The position numbers were made by a program, and so were the translations under genes. DNA of 63,929 nt, counting the filler, from an uncultured Acidimicrobiia bacterium (GTDB lineage: Bacteria > Actinomycetota > Acidimicrobiia > Spongiisociales > JAOTWH01), in NCBI GenBank assembly GCA_964347285.1. It is 9 parts of 9 records of this genome, joined end to end, with 100 filler letters (N's around TTAATTAATTAA, not from the genome) between each part and the next. Parts side by side here need not be neighbours in the genome. Positions count along the whole stretch, not along the records: positions 39,155 to 46,456 come from CAYFYE010000109.1; positions 46,557 to 53,775 come from CAYFYE010000110.1; 7 more parts are not named here. One strand, written 5' to 3'. The notes beneath the pieces were generated by a model, which had not been told where the DNA came from, searched no databases, and saw only the letters and a list, made by a program, of their open reading frames with translations. Shown piece after piece: positions 40,132-50,146 of this stretch (position 1 is the first letter of the stretch; each line of letters begins with the position of its first letter).

Positions 40132-40616
40132 GCCGTCTCACCTCCCCTCCCGGCCGATTCCCTCCCGCAGCCCAACCGGCAGGTGAGGCTTGGGAGGGGC
40201 GCCGATACAGAAGGCGTACCCGAGCCTCGGCACCGGCGCCAGAGTCCAACGGCCCTACCGACTCGGCCTTGCACGGCGGCGCCCCGAACGGGAATCCCGG
40301 ACGGCGTCGTTGCGAGGTGACAGGCCGCATGGGGGCCTGACCTTGACCTCGTCGATTCGCGGCGACCGACAGCAGCCCCACGGCGATTGCTCAACGATCA
40401 GGTCGGAAGGCCAAGCCGCTCGAGCGTCGGTGGTTGGGAATCCCCAGTTGGGACATTCGCCCCTAGGAACTACGACAATCGCAATACATGATCGGGGGAC
40501 CAGGGGCGACTGGATTCGTCGTCATCCGGTCGGAGTATGACCGACGGAACCGGCTCGAATAACACCCGAGGGAGGCTCGAACCCGGACATAGAGACCAAG
40601 AGGGCGTACAGGCGAG

Positions 40617-41187
40617 ATGGACTCCTCCCACCTCGACCGTCGATTCGATCAGGTGTTTCGGGATTACCAGCGGGCAGTCTTGGTCTACTTCTTACGGCGT
40701 ACCGACCGCGTGACGGCCAGAGACGCAACCGCCGACACGTTCCTTGTGGCCTGGCGCCGCATGGACGATATGCCGTCCGACGAAGAAGTTCTGCCCTGGC
40801 TGTATGGAATCGCGAGGCGAGTCCTCGCCAACCACCGCCGGAGTCACAAGCGGTTCATGACTTTGGGGAGAAGCTGGCCGGGCTGAGAGCTGCTCCGCGC
40901 CCGACACCGGAGACCATCGTGATACGTCGGGAGGAGGATGAACAGATGTTGCGAGCCATTGAGAACCTCAAGCGAAGGATCGCGAGGTTCTACGACTCGC
41001 ACGCTGGGAAGGATTGACGCACGCCGAAATCGGGGCGATGTTCGGGACATCTGCACATGCGATCGACCAGCGGTTGCACTCGATCACGCGGCGACTTGCC
41101 TCCGACCTCGGTCGCCCCCAATTGACCGCGCCCGCGTCCCGATTCCCCCGACGACGGGGAGAGGGGAAATCCCATGACTCGGCATGA
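40617..41187 (+). pseudogene. ECF sigma factor with two frameshifts (near 40868 and 40973)
   Basis: Region 2 ADTFLVAWRR...PWLYGIARRVLAN; linker PETIVIRREE in a second frame; region 4 DREVLRL..WEGLTHAEIG in a third. Confidence 0.85.
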
Positions 41188-42625
41188 GGAAGTACTCGAG
41201 TATGTGAGTGGATCCAATCCGGTTCCGGAGTTCGATCCGATCTTCGAGTCCGATCTGGCGTGGATCACTTCCTCCGTCGAACAGCGGACGAGGGACATGG
41301 CGACCACGAAGCGGCCGGCAGGGAGAGGGAGGGCCGGACCGTCGAAGAAGCAGCGGCCGAGGGCGGCGTTTGTGTTTGCCACGGCCCTGATCATCGTGCT
41401 GATCGTCGGCGGCGCCGCCACTCTGCTGGTCATGCTGGTTGCCGGCCCACTCAGCCAAGAGGAACCGGTGGCAACCCAGCCGGCGCCGGCGACGACGATT
41501 GCCACGGAGGATCTGCCCCCGACTCTGACAATCGAAAGCCTGGGAGCTCCGGCATTCGCCGAGGGCACAGGTGCCGGGATGGGCCGCCTCGTTGCCCTGT
41601 CCTCGGAAGAGGTGTGGGCCGCGTCGCCTCTGAGCCATGCAGGGGTTTGGCACTTCGACGGCGGTGTGTGGACGGCGACCCCGTGCCTCGAAGGTGGGCC
41701 CTGCAGTGCGGTGGGCATGGCGGTTGGACCGGACGGAACGCCGTGGGCAACCGCTTGGGAAGGTTCGATCACCTCGTTGGAAGGTGCCCAATGGATCATT
41801 CACGACGAGCCCGGGGTACCTATCGACGCGGAGGTGATCGCGGTTGCCCCGAACGGCGACGTGTGGGCGAGTGGCCGAGCCGAGGGCGAACCTGGAATCT
41901 TCCGTCTCGACGCTGGCACATGGACCCGCTTCACCGGCGCCGACGCAGCGCCCCTGGGGTCCCTGGTGCGCTCGATCGCCTTCGCGCCCGACGGCAGCGT
42001 GTGGATCGGCGCCGGCGGCACCTACGGTGCCAGCGGCGACTACTACGGCGGGAGCCACGGAGTCAGGCATCCTTCGTTGCCCGGCGGTCTGGCCCGCTTC
42101 GACGGCAGCGATTGGGGGGTCGTCGATCTGCCCGCCGCCCGGAACGATCTCCCGGTCTCCAGCGTGGTCGTGACGTCGGCCGGCGACGTCTGGGTTGCAT
42201 TCGAGGAATTGACCTACAGCGTCGACCAGGACGGTGGTCGGCGCGGAGTCGAGGCATGGACCCCCCGGGTCGCCCGCTTCGACGGCGACGAGTGGACCCT
42301 ATACGGCGCTTCGGACGGCATCCCTCTCGGTGTGAGAACCCAGCTGGCTGCTTCCGAGGACGGGACGGTGTGGGCATTGTCCTCACCCGGCGCCGTCAAC
42401 CGCCACGGCGCTTACGTTAAGTACGTTCCGTCCTCCGATCGACCGACCAGCGAATTCGGCGGGCCGGGCGGAGTCGCCAGTTTCAACGGACAGTTCTGGA
42501 CCAGTCATGCCGTCGCCGAGCCGACCCTGGATGGAATCGCCTGGCTCGATGGAATTGCAGTTGCCCCCGACGGAACCGTGTTCGTTGCCGGGCAGGAGTT
42601 GCACAGGCTGACTCCCGGCAACTGA
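41174..42625 (+). CDS. Single-TM protein with extracellular beta-propeller (putative anti-sigma/sensor)
   Basis: TM helix, then repeated AVxPDGxVW / ARFDGxxW blades; overlaps the ECF gene end. Confidence 0.8.
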   Translation: MTRHEEVLEYVSGSNPVPEFDPIFESDLAWITSSVEQRTRDMATTKRPAGRGRAGPSKKQRPRAAFVFATALIIVLIVGGAATLLVMLVAGPLSQEEPVATQPAPATTIATEDLPPTLTIESLGAPAFAEGTGAGMGRLVALSSEEVWAASPLSHAGVWHFDGGVWTATPCLEGGPCSAVGMAVGPDGTPWATAWEGSITSLEGAQWIIHDEPGVPIDAEVIAVAPNGDVWASGRAEGEPGIFRLDAGTWTRFTGADAAPLGSLVRSIAFAPDGSVWIGAGGTYGASGDYYGGSHGVRHPSLPGGLARFDGSDWGVVDLPAARNDLPVSSVVVTSAGDVWVAFEELTYSVDQDGGRRGVEAWTPRVARFDGDEWTLYGASDGIPLGVRTQLAASEDGTVWALSSPGAVNRHGAYVKYVPSSDRPTSEFGGPGGVASFNGQFWTSHAVAEPTLDGIAWLDGIAVAPDGTVFVAGQELHRLTPGN

Positions 42626-42797
42626 CGGCAACGATCACCGTCGGTCAGACGATGGGGGCTCTGTCCAGATGGCGTCGGCGAACCGGCGTTGCGCCGGGCA
42701 GGAACCAGCACCGGTCGAGTCTGGTCTCCAACCGTGCGCCTCTTCCCGTCGACCTGGTATACGTCGGACCGGATACCGGAGAAAGAAGGTATCGACC

Positions 42798-43172
42798 TTG
42801 ACGCTGCTGCGATCGGTCGCAGAGATCGCCGTCGGCGCTATCTACGTCGCCGGGGCGGCGTTCAACGGCGTGTACACGCTGCGCCACAGCGCCGAGTTCT
42901 ACGGAGACTTCGCCGACGGCGCCTGGCTGGACCCGGCCGAGAGGTTCATCCGTAGGGTGGTGATTCCCAACGGCACGGTGTTCACGGTGCTGCTCATCGT
43001 GTTCCAGGCCGCGGTGGCGATCGCAATTCTCGCCAGAGGCGCGCTCGTCGAACCGGCGTTGCTGGTCGGCGGCGCCTTCGCGCTCGTCGTCGCTTTCTTC
43101 TCCAGCCCGGGAGGCACTGTGGGGAATCTGGCCCTCTCCGTGATCCAATTCGCCCTCGTTCTTACCCGCTAG
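42798..43172 (+). CDS. Hypothetical small membrane protein
   Basis: About 4 hydrophobic segments; GAAGG RBS before TTG. Confidence 0.7.
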   Translation: MTLLRSVAEIAVGAIYVAGAAFNGVYTLRHSAEFYGDFADGAWLDPAERFIRRVVIPNGTVFTVLLIVFQAAVAIAILARGALVEPALLVGGAFALVVAFFSSPGGTVGNLALSVIQFALVLTR

Positions 43173-43299
43173 TCGCCGACTCATCCACCCGGCAGGACCG
43201 TCGCAATGGCAGAGCGCATCGGCCGAGCGGTGAGGTCCGCTGGCCGGGATTCGAGAAGCGTCCACGTACTCTGCGCGCCTCTCTTGGCTGGGGAGGAAG

Positions 43300-44601
43300 T
43301 TACCTGAATAGCTTCGGCAGCGATCGCAGCTCGGCAGACGGTGACGGGGCGGAGACCCGGATGTCGGTCGCATACCCCGGCAGCGGAAGCACCGCCCGGG
43401 CGTCCGTCATCGTGTCGTAGAACACCAGCTCCACATCCTGTGGTACCCCGGCCCAGTTCGTGACGACGTCGGGCCACCGCTCATAAAGGAAGAAGCGACC
43501 GTCGGGGGACCACGCCTTTGCCCACACCCACCCGATTTCTTCGATCTCGGCAATGACCTCGCCGGTTGGCATCTCGACGATGCGCAGGGTTGGGTCGATC
43601 ACGGTCGCGGCCCGCTGGACCTGGAGGGCGAGGGTGGAACCATCGGGAGACCACACCGCATCATCGACCCACTCGTCGGCGACGAGCCCCGGTACCGGTG
43701 TCCGCTCTCGGCCGTCGGGCGACAGCAGGAACGATGATGGCTCAGGCCCGGAGGGGTCGTCGGTCCAGATGGTGGTGCGGTCGGGACCTCCGGCAACGAA
43801 ATACGGGTGTCCGGGAGCGAAGCGGCCCGTGGCGATCCTGGTGCCCTCTCCGTCCACCAGCACCTCCTCCACACCGTCGGCTCCCGCCGTCCTCTTCATG
43901 AGCATTCCCCAATCCCCCCAGCCGGCCAGCCAGGTTGCCGGGGACTCACAGACGCCCTCGACGAGCCGCATCGCCGCCGGTTCACCGTCGCGCACGTCCA
44001 GGGTGTAGAGGGCGCCGCTAGAGGCTGCCGATCCCAAGGGACAGACCATCCACGCCAACCGGCCGGGTTCGGTGTCGTGCCACACATACGACTCGACCTC
44101 GACGCCGACCGCCGACTGAGTCTTCTGCCGGTGCGCCTCTACCGGATAGACGGTGAGCACCCCATCCAGGGCCCTCAGGGCGTACCAGCGGCCGGAGGCG
44201 TCCAAACCGTTGATGCGCCAGAGGGGCTCATCGTGATACGTCAACACGGTCGTCTCCGGGGCCGGTTGCGATGCCCGCCACCGCACGACGCCTTCGCTGT
44301 GGTCGTCCCACGTCAGCACGGTGATCGTGTCGGTGAACCCGGGCACCACCTCTCCCAGTGGGACATCCGGCGTCGTCGTCGGTGCGGTGGTTTCTACGGC
44401 GGTGGTCGTGGCACTCGAAGCGGCCTCCTCGCCTTGCGGTCCCGTGGGGGTCGTCGGCAGGCGGAGCAGCCACCCGACGACGAACGCCGCCACCACGACC
44501 ATCACCAGCCCGATCCGCCTGAGCCGGCGATCGCGGTCGTCCTCCCCACCCGGTCGCGACGGATCGAATTCCGGGTCGACCGTCACCTGATCGCCTGCCA
44601 T
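43300..44601 (-). CDS. Single-TM, Thr-rich protein with TolB-like propeller
   Basis: TM helix, TTT stalk, WSPDG repeats. Confidence 0.75.
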   Translation of the reverse strand: MAGDQVTVDPEFDPSRPGGEDDRDRRLRRIGLVMVVVAAFVVGWLLRLPTTPTGPQGEEAASSATTTAVETTAPTTTPDVPLGEVVPGFTDTITVLTWDDHSEGVVRWRASQPAPETTVLTYHDEPLWRINGLDASGRWYALRALDGVLTVYPVEAHRQKTQSAVGVEVESYVWHDTEPGRLAWMVCPLGSAASSGALYTLDVRDGEPAAMRLVEGVCESPATWLAGWGDWGMLMKRTAGADGVEEVLVDGEGTRIATGRFAPGHPYFVAGGPDRTTIWTDDPSGPEPSSFLLSPDGRERTPVPGLVADEWVDDAVWSPDGSTLALQVQRAATVIDPTLRIVEMPTGEVIAEIEEIGWVWAKAWSPDGRFFLYERWPDVVTNWAGVPQDVELVFYDTMTDARAVLPLPGYATDIRVSAPSPSAELRSLPKLFR

Positions 44602-44807
44602 GGTCCACCGCCCGGCTCAGTGTTAAATCTCCCACGCAACGACCCACATGGCAAGAGTCCTCCGTCGGAAGACGCCACGAGAAATGGGCGAAGACCACCA
44701 CCGACCCACCCCTCGCGACCCAGGGACCTCCAGACCCCAAGGACCACCGCAGCGAGGCCAATCGTGCTGGACGCGCCCTGGCCCCGGAACTCCGATAAGC
44801 TCCCTCG

Positions 44808-45719
44808 GTGACCGACGAGCCCACCCAGCAATTCCCAGTCGAGGGAAGCGGCCCACCCGGCCCGCCGGGCGGGCTCTCTCCTACCCAGTGGCGAATCCTC
44901 CTCGTGCTGATCTCGGCGATCGTCGTGCTGCTGGCGGTCATCGGGGGTGTGCTGATCTTCGGGCGAGCCTCGGACACCGAGGTAGCCGCCGGCACCTCGA
45001 CAACGACCACGATGACACCCACCACCGCGGCACCCACCACGACGCTACCGGCGACCACGACTGCGCCGACGACGACGGCTCCCACGACCACCACGCTGCC
45101 GGCCACTACCACCCCGCCGACCACCACGACCTCTACCACCACGACCACCCCGTCGCCCGACCCGTGCGCATTCGTGGACGACCTCCAGGGCCCGCTGGCG
45201 AACTTCGTCTTCCTCGGCGTCGACGGCATCGGGGTATTCACCGAGTTCGGCGGCGACGCCGAGGAGACCATCCAGACGCTGACCTGCCTGCTCGGCGAGC
45301 CCGACGCCGACAGCGGGTACGGGGACAGCTTCTCAGTGTTCGGCACCTGCCCGGGCAGCGAGGTGCGCGGGGTCCGTTGGGGCCCGCTGCTGACCCTCTA
45401 CGGGGACGCCCAGATCTTCGGCTCCGAGGATCGGGAGTTCTACAACTGGCGGTACGAGGCCTTCGAGAGCCCCGACACTCTCGAGCTGACGTTCCCGGAA
45501 ACGGGGATCGGCCTCGGGGCGACCATCCCCGAGCTGCAGGCCGCCTACGGGGCCGATCTGGAGATCTTCCAGGACGATCTCACCGGCGGAAGCGCCTTCG
45601 TCGTCGGCGAACGGGACGTGGGCGCCATCACCATCCCGCTCATCTTCGGCACCCTCACCAGCGACCAGCCCGACGCTACGGTGCAGTTCATCGACGTCGG
45701 CTTCTTCTGCGGCGAGTAG
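44808..45719 (+). CDS. Single-TM protein with long Thr/Pro stalk and acidic Cys-containing C-terminal domain
   Basis: TM ILLVLISAIVVLLAVIGGVLIF; (PTTT)n repeat about 44995-45155. Confidence 0.8.
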   Translation: MTDEPTQQFPVEGSGPPGPPGGLSPTQWRILLVLISAIVVLLAVIGGVLIFGRASDTEVAAGTSTTTTMTPTTAAPTTTLPATTTAPTTTAPTTTTLPATTTPPTTTTSTTTTTPSPDPCAFVDDLQGPLANFVFLGVDGIGVFTEFGGDAEETIQTLTCLLGEPDADSGYGDSFSVFGTCPGSEVRGVRWGPLLTLYGDAQIFGSEDREFYNWRYEAFESPDTLELTFPETGIGLGATIPELQAAYGADLEIFQDDLTGGSAFVVGERDVGAITIPLIFGTLTSDQPDATVQFIDVGFFCGE

Positions 45720-45779
45720 ACGGGGTCTTTCCGGCGAGCCGTCCGCTTGCGTATTGGCCGGCTGCCAGGCACAGCTGGC

Positions 45780-46150
45780 TCACAGTTTCAGAAGCTCGAA
45801 GCGCGTCGAGCAGGTGTGCCTCGGCCGCTGAGGCTCGGCGCGTCCGGCGGTCTCCACCGCCGCTCCTACCAGGGCAGTGGCAACACCCTTCCTGCGGTGG
45901 TGCCTTGGCACGTACAAACACGAAATCGCCCATAGGGCCTCGTCGAAGGCGAGCAAACCCGGAAGTGGTCCGTCGTGCACGACCTCGCGAAACGCTGCCT
46001 GGTTCGCGAAGGATCCTGCTCTCGATACCGCCTACCGATGCGCCAGTACATGCACCAGCACCGGCCGACGGCGCCGGTGGTGTCGAAGAGGTCCTCGAGC
46101 GGGGGCCACAGCTCCGGGGTGGGTTCCCGTACGACGAGGGCAACATCCCC
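45780..46150 (-). pseudogene. GNAT acetyltransferase remnant
   Basis: W..LEDLF...CWCMYWR, frameshift, PGLLAFD, then WAISCLYVPRHHRRKGVATALV; internal segment missing. Confidence 0.7.
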
Positions 46151-46556
46151 AACCCGACGGACCGAAGCTCCCCTCGGTCCACCACTGCCCCCCGACGCCG
46201 GGACACCGGCCGTCGTCATCCACTCCGAGGAGACCCTCCCCTCCGCGTCCTGCTGGATACACACCCACCAGTCATCGGTGAAGGATCGACCGAGACATGG
46301 GGAATGTCCCGGCAGCGGATCGGCAATCCGACACCGGGTGTCCCGCGCCTGAGGGAGGCCAGGTACCGGACATAGACATAGCGAACACGCGGAGGCGCAA
46401 CGCCGCGCGCACCAACTCGACCGCCGATTCGGTCGGGCCATTCCACATTGCGCTCCNNNNNNNNNNNNNNNNNNNNNNNNNNNNNNNNNNNNNNNNNNNN
46501 TTAATTAATTAANNNNNNNNNNNNNNNNNNNNNNNNNNNNNNNNNNNNNNNNNNNN

Positions 46557-46874
46557 CGCGGAGGGCCCGGGAACCTCGCGGGCAACCCAACTGGCGGCGA
46601 TCGCCCCCAGGACGATCTGGCCCTCGATGCCGATGTTCCACAACCCGGCGGCGAAGGTGATGACCAGACCGGCGGCGGCCAGCGTGAGCGGCACCCAGGC
46701 CATGAGGGTGGCGGCGATCTTGTCGCTGCTCCCGAACGAGCCGTCCCAGATGTTGCGTAGCGCCTCCAGAGGAGGGGCGTCGACGATCAGCAGGAGGAGG
46801 ATGGCCACGGCGAAGGCCAGCAGCACCGGCAGCAGGTTGAATCCCGTTCGGCGGAGGAGGGATCGCTGAGTCAC
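46557..46874 (-). CDS. Nucleoside/sugar ABC transporter permease, 3'-partial
   Basis: PLTLAAAG...FAAGLWNIGIEGQ; GTGA overlap. Confidence 0.9.
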
Positions 46875-48337
46875 TCGACCTCCTTGCCGCCGATGAGGTA
46901 GCCGAGCTCTTCGCCGGTGGTGGCGCGGGCATCGAGCTCGCGGATGATCCGGCCGGAGAAGAAGACCAGGATGCGATCGCTGTACCGGAGCAGCTCGTCG
47001 AGGTCGGCGGACGCGAAGATGATGGCGGTGCCGTCGCTGCGCCGTTCGAGGAGCTGGGTCCACACCCAGTCGGCCGACTCGATGTCGAGGCCACGGGTGG
47101 GGTGCTCCATCAGCAAGAGCTGTAGACGGGGCGGCATCATCGCCAAAAGGAGGCGCTGCTGGTTGCCGCCCGACAAGGATTCAGCGGTCGAGTCGGGAAA
47201 GCCCTTGATCGAGAAGTGCTGAATACCGAGGGCGGCCGCGTCTCTGGCTGCTCGCCAGTCGACGAAGAAGCGCTGTTCACCGCCGGCGAGAACGAAATGC
47301 TCGCTGATCGTGAGCCCGGCGACCAGCCCCTCCTCGAGACGGCCGGCCGGGAGGTAATGCACGCCGGCGTCGAGGAAATCGCGATAACCCCTATTGGTGA
47401 GGTCGCGCTGCCCGATGAAGATGCGGCCGCTGTCTGGAGAGATGAGGCCGGAGCAGCCGCCGAGGAAGGTGCGCTGTCCGCTTCCCTCCAGTCCGGCCAG
47501 CCCGATCATCTCGCCCCCTTTCACGCTGAGCGATAGATCTTCGAGGACGAACGGGCGCTCGCTGAGGGTCACGTTGTCGAGTTTCAGCGCATCGGCCCCC
47601 AGATCGATGGGGGCGCGTTCGCTTTCGACCAGGACCTCGCCGAACATCATTGCCACGAGACGCTCGGGAGGCGTCGGTAGCTCGGTCTCGCCCACGACCT
47701 TCCCTTGGCGCATCACGGTGACTCGGTCGCACAGCTCTTCTACCTCCTCGAGTTTGTGAGAGACGAAGATGACGATCATTCCCTCACCGGCGAGGCGGCG
47801 CAGGGTCTCGAAGAGGTCGACCCGCTGTACCTCGGAGATTCCGGTGGTGGGCTCGTCGAGGACGAGGACCCGGGCTCCGAGCCACAGGAGCCGCACGATC
47901 TCGAGCTGTTGGCGTTCACCGACGGTGAGCGTACGGGCCGGGACATCGGGGTCGAAGGAGAAGCCGAACTGTTCGCTGATTCGTCTCAGCTCCTTGGCTC
48001 CTTCCCTCCGGTCGATGCGGCGCGGACCGGGGCTCGCCATCAAGAAGTTGTCCAGGACCGACAGCGGGAGAAAGACGAGTGGATCCTGATGGAGCATGCC
48101 GATCCCGGCCCGTATGGCGTCCTTGGGCGAGGACATCTCGATGGTCGTGCCGTCGAGCACAACGTCGCCGGAGTCGGCTTCGAGGAATCCGGAGAGCACC
48201 TTCATGAGCGTCGACTTGCCGGCGCCGTTCTCACCAAGAAGGCCGTGCAGCGTGCCCGCCTCCACCTCCAGCGTGACCCCGTCGTTGGCCCGCACCGGCC
48301 CGAAGTGCTTGTGGATGTCCCGCAGCAGGAGGCTCAT
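46871..48337 (-). CDS. Nucleoside/sugar ABC transporter ATP-binding protein (tandem NBD)
   Basis: GENGAGKST, LDEPT, SHKL, LSGGNQQ, PTRGLD. Confidence 0.95.
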   Translation of the reverse strand: MSLLLRDIHKHFGPVRANDGVTLEVEAGTLHGLLGENGAGKSTLMKVLSGFLEADSGDVVLDGTTIEMSSPKDAIRAGIGMLHQDPLVFLPLSVLDNFLMASPGPRRIDRREGAKELRRISEQFGFSFDPDVPARTLTVGERQQLEIVRLLWLGARVLVLDEPTTGISEVQRVDLFETLRRLAGEGMIVIFVSHKLEEVEELCDRVTVMRQGKVVGETELPTPPERLVAMMFGEVLVESERAPIDLGADALKLDNVTLSERPFVLEDLSLSVKGGEMIGLAGLEGSGQRTFLGGCSGLISPDSGRIFIGQRDLTNRGYRDFLDAGVHYLPAGRLEEGLVAGLTISEHFVLAGGEQRFFVDWRAARDAAALGIQHFSIKGFPDSTAESLSGGNQQRLLLAMMPPRLQLLLMEHPTRGLDIESADWVWTQLLERRSDGTAIIFASADLDELLRYSDRILVFFSGRIIRELDARATTGEELGYLIGGKEVE

Positions 48338-48386
48338 GCCCTCTGCAGGCTAGAGAGTTCGAGCCCGTCACCGCTGGCCGACGCAA

Positions 48387-48420
48387 GAGAAAGGGCCTCA
48401 TGATGCCGAGGCCCTTTCTC
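48387..48420 (-). terminator. Intercistronic hairpin after the BMP gene
   Basis: GAGAAAGGGCCTC-N8-GAGGCCCTTTCTC, perfect 13-bp stem. Confidence 0.65.
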
Positions 48421-48439
48421 AAGCGCTGTGCCGGTGCCG

Positions 48440-49881
48440 CTATGCCGAGCTGGCCCCCTCCATGCCTTCGAGCAGCTGCTCGGTGTACCAGACCTGGAAG
48501 TCGGTGGCCTCTTCGCCGTCGGCGAGCCATTCCGAGCCGTCCTGGTAGTTGAGGGGGCCGACGAACAAATTGATCGATCCGTCGGCGAGCCCGGCGATGA
48601 ACTCGTCGAGCTGGTCGGACGTCTCCGCCGACAGGCCGTCGCCCCTGACGAAGCCGATGCCGCTGGTGTCCCGGTTGTTGAGATCGCTCCAGTCCGGGCC
48701 GAACCAGGTCCACTCGGCGGTGAAGGTCCCATCGATCACCGACTGAGCGATGTCGAGGTACGAAGGCGCCCAGTTGAACCAGGGCACCCCGAGGCAGATG
48801 TCGGGCGCCTCGGCGCACGCGCCCTCGAAGTCGTAGGGCACGGCCCACACCGCCTCACCCGCTTCGGAGCGCTGCCCGGCGCGCACCAGCGCTTCGGTGG
48901 TGTCGATACCGGAGATCACCACGTCGGCCCCGCCGTCGAAGAAGTCGTTGGCCACCTGGGTGGGGTCGAGGGTGACGCCGGGGATGTTGAACCAGAAGCC
49001 GATCCAGTTGACCTCGAAGGCGAGATCGGCCGGATCCTCGCCCCGGAAGTTCTCCCAGCAATACTGGGCGCCGAGATAGGCCGAGTTGGCCAGGCGCCTG
49101 GTCTCGTCGTTGATGAGCGGCCCCAGGTATCCGATGCTGCCGGTCTGGGTCGTGAGCGCCGCGGCGCAGCCGGCGATCATCTTGCCGAACTCCATCCGTC
49201 CCATCGTGTTGCCTAGGTTGGGCAGGTCGTCTCGGTAGGCCTTGCCATCGGCCCAAGCGCTGTCGCCCGACGACCAGATCATCGGCACGTCGGGGAACAT
49301 CTCGGCGGCCAGCTGGATGCCATCCTTCATGTCATCTGAGGTGGCGAAGATGAGCCGGGCGCCTTGGTCGATCATGTCGGCCGCGACCTGCTCGACGGTC
49401 GTCTCGGGACGATCGGCCGGGTTCACCTTGTCGATGAGGATCATCTGTGCCCCGAGCTGCTCCTCGAGGTACTCCCCGGCCTCACGGTGGGCCTGCGACC
49501 ATCCCCGGTCGTTCTCGGGGCCGACGAGGATCATGCCGAACACGAAGTCCTCGGCCATCGCCTCGGTCTCGGTCGGAGCCTCGGTCTCGGTCGGAGCCTC
49601 GGTCTCCATCGGNNNNNNNNNNNNNNNNNNNNNNNNNNNNNNNNNNNNNNNNNNNNNNNNNNNNNNNNNNNNNNNNNNNNNNNNNNNNNNNNNNNNNNNN
49701 NNNNNNNNNNNNTCGGAGCCTCGGTCTCCATCGGGGCCTCGGTTTCGGCCGGAGCCTCCGTCTCCGCCGGCTCCTCGGCGGCTTCAGTCGTCTCCGCGGT
49801 GTCGCCGCAGGCGGCCGCCACCAGGACCAGCGCTGCCAGCAGGGCCATGATGTTGAGCCACTTCGGTCGTCTCCGCCTCAT
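48440..49881 (-). CDS. BMP-family (PnrA-like) ABC substrate-binding lipoprotein with ETEAP repeat stalk; spans scaffold gap
   Basis: Lipobox VAAAC; GPENDRGWSQAH, IFATS, WIGFWF, DGGADV; N- and C-parts flank the 100-N gap. Confidence 0.9.
49560..49770 (-). repeat. 18-bp coding tandem repeat (xETEAP)n, collapsed at the gap
   Basis: GCCTCGGTCTCGGTCGGA-type units on both sides of N 49613-49712. Confidence 0.9.
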
Positions 49882-50146
49882 TGCGTTTCCTCCTCTTGCC
49901 GAGCCCGTATGGGCTCGCTCATGCTGCGACGAGGGCCTCGCCCTCGATAGTGCCGAATGGCCCCTTCAGGCTACCCAGGGAGCCTGGCGCTGTCACAAGC
50001 CGACCGCAGCAGGGGTCGCTTCCGGCCCACCCACTCGATGAGCGGGGAGGGCGTGGAGATCGCCACAGAGCGTAGCCAAACGACGAGAAAGCTACTAGGC
50101 TGGCTACTGCAAGTTGCTAATACACTACTGTAGGTAGGGACAAAGG

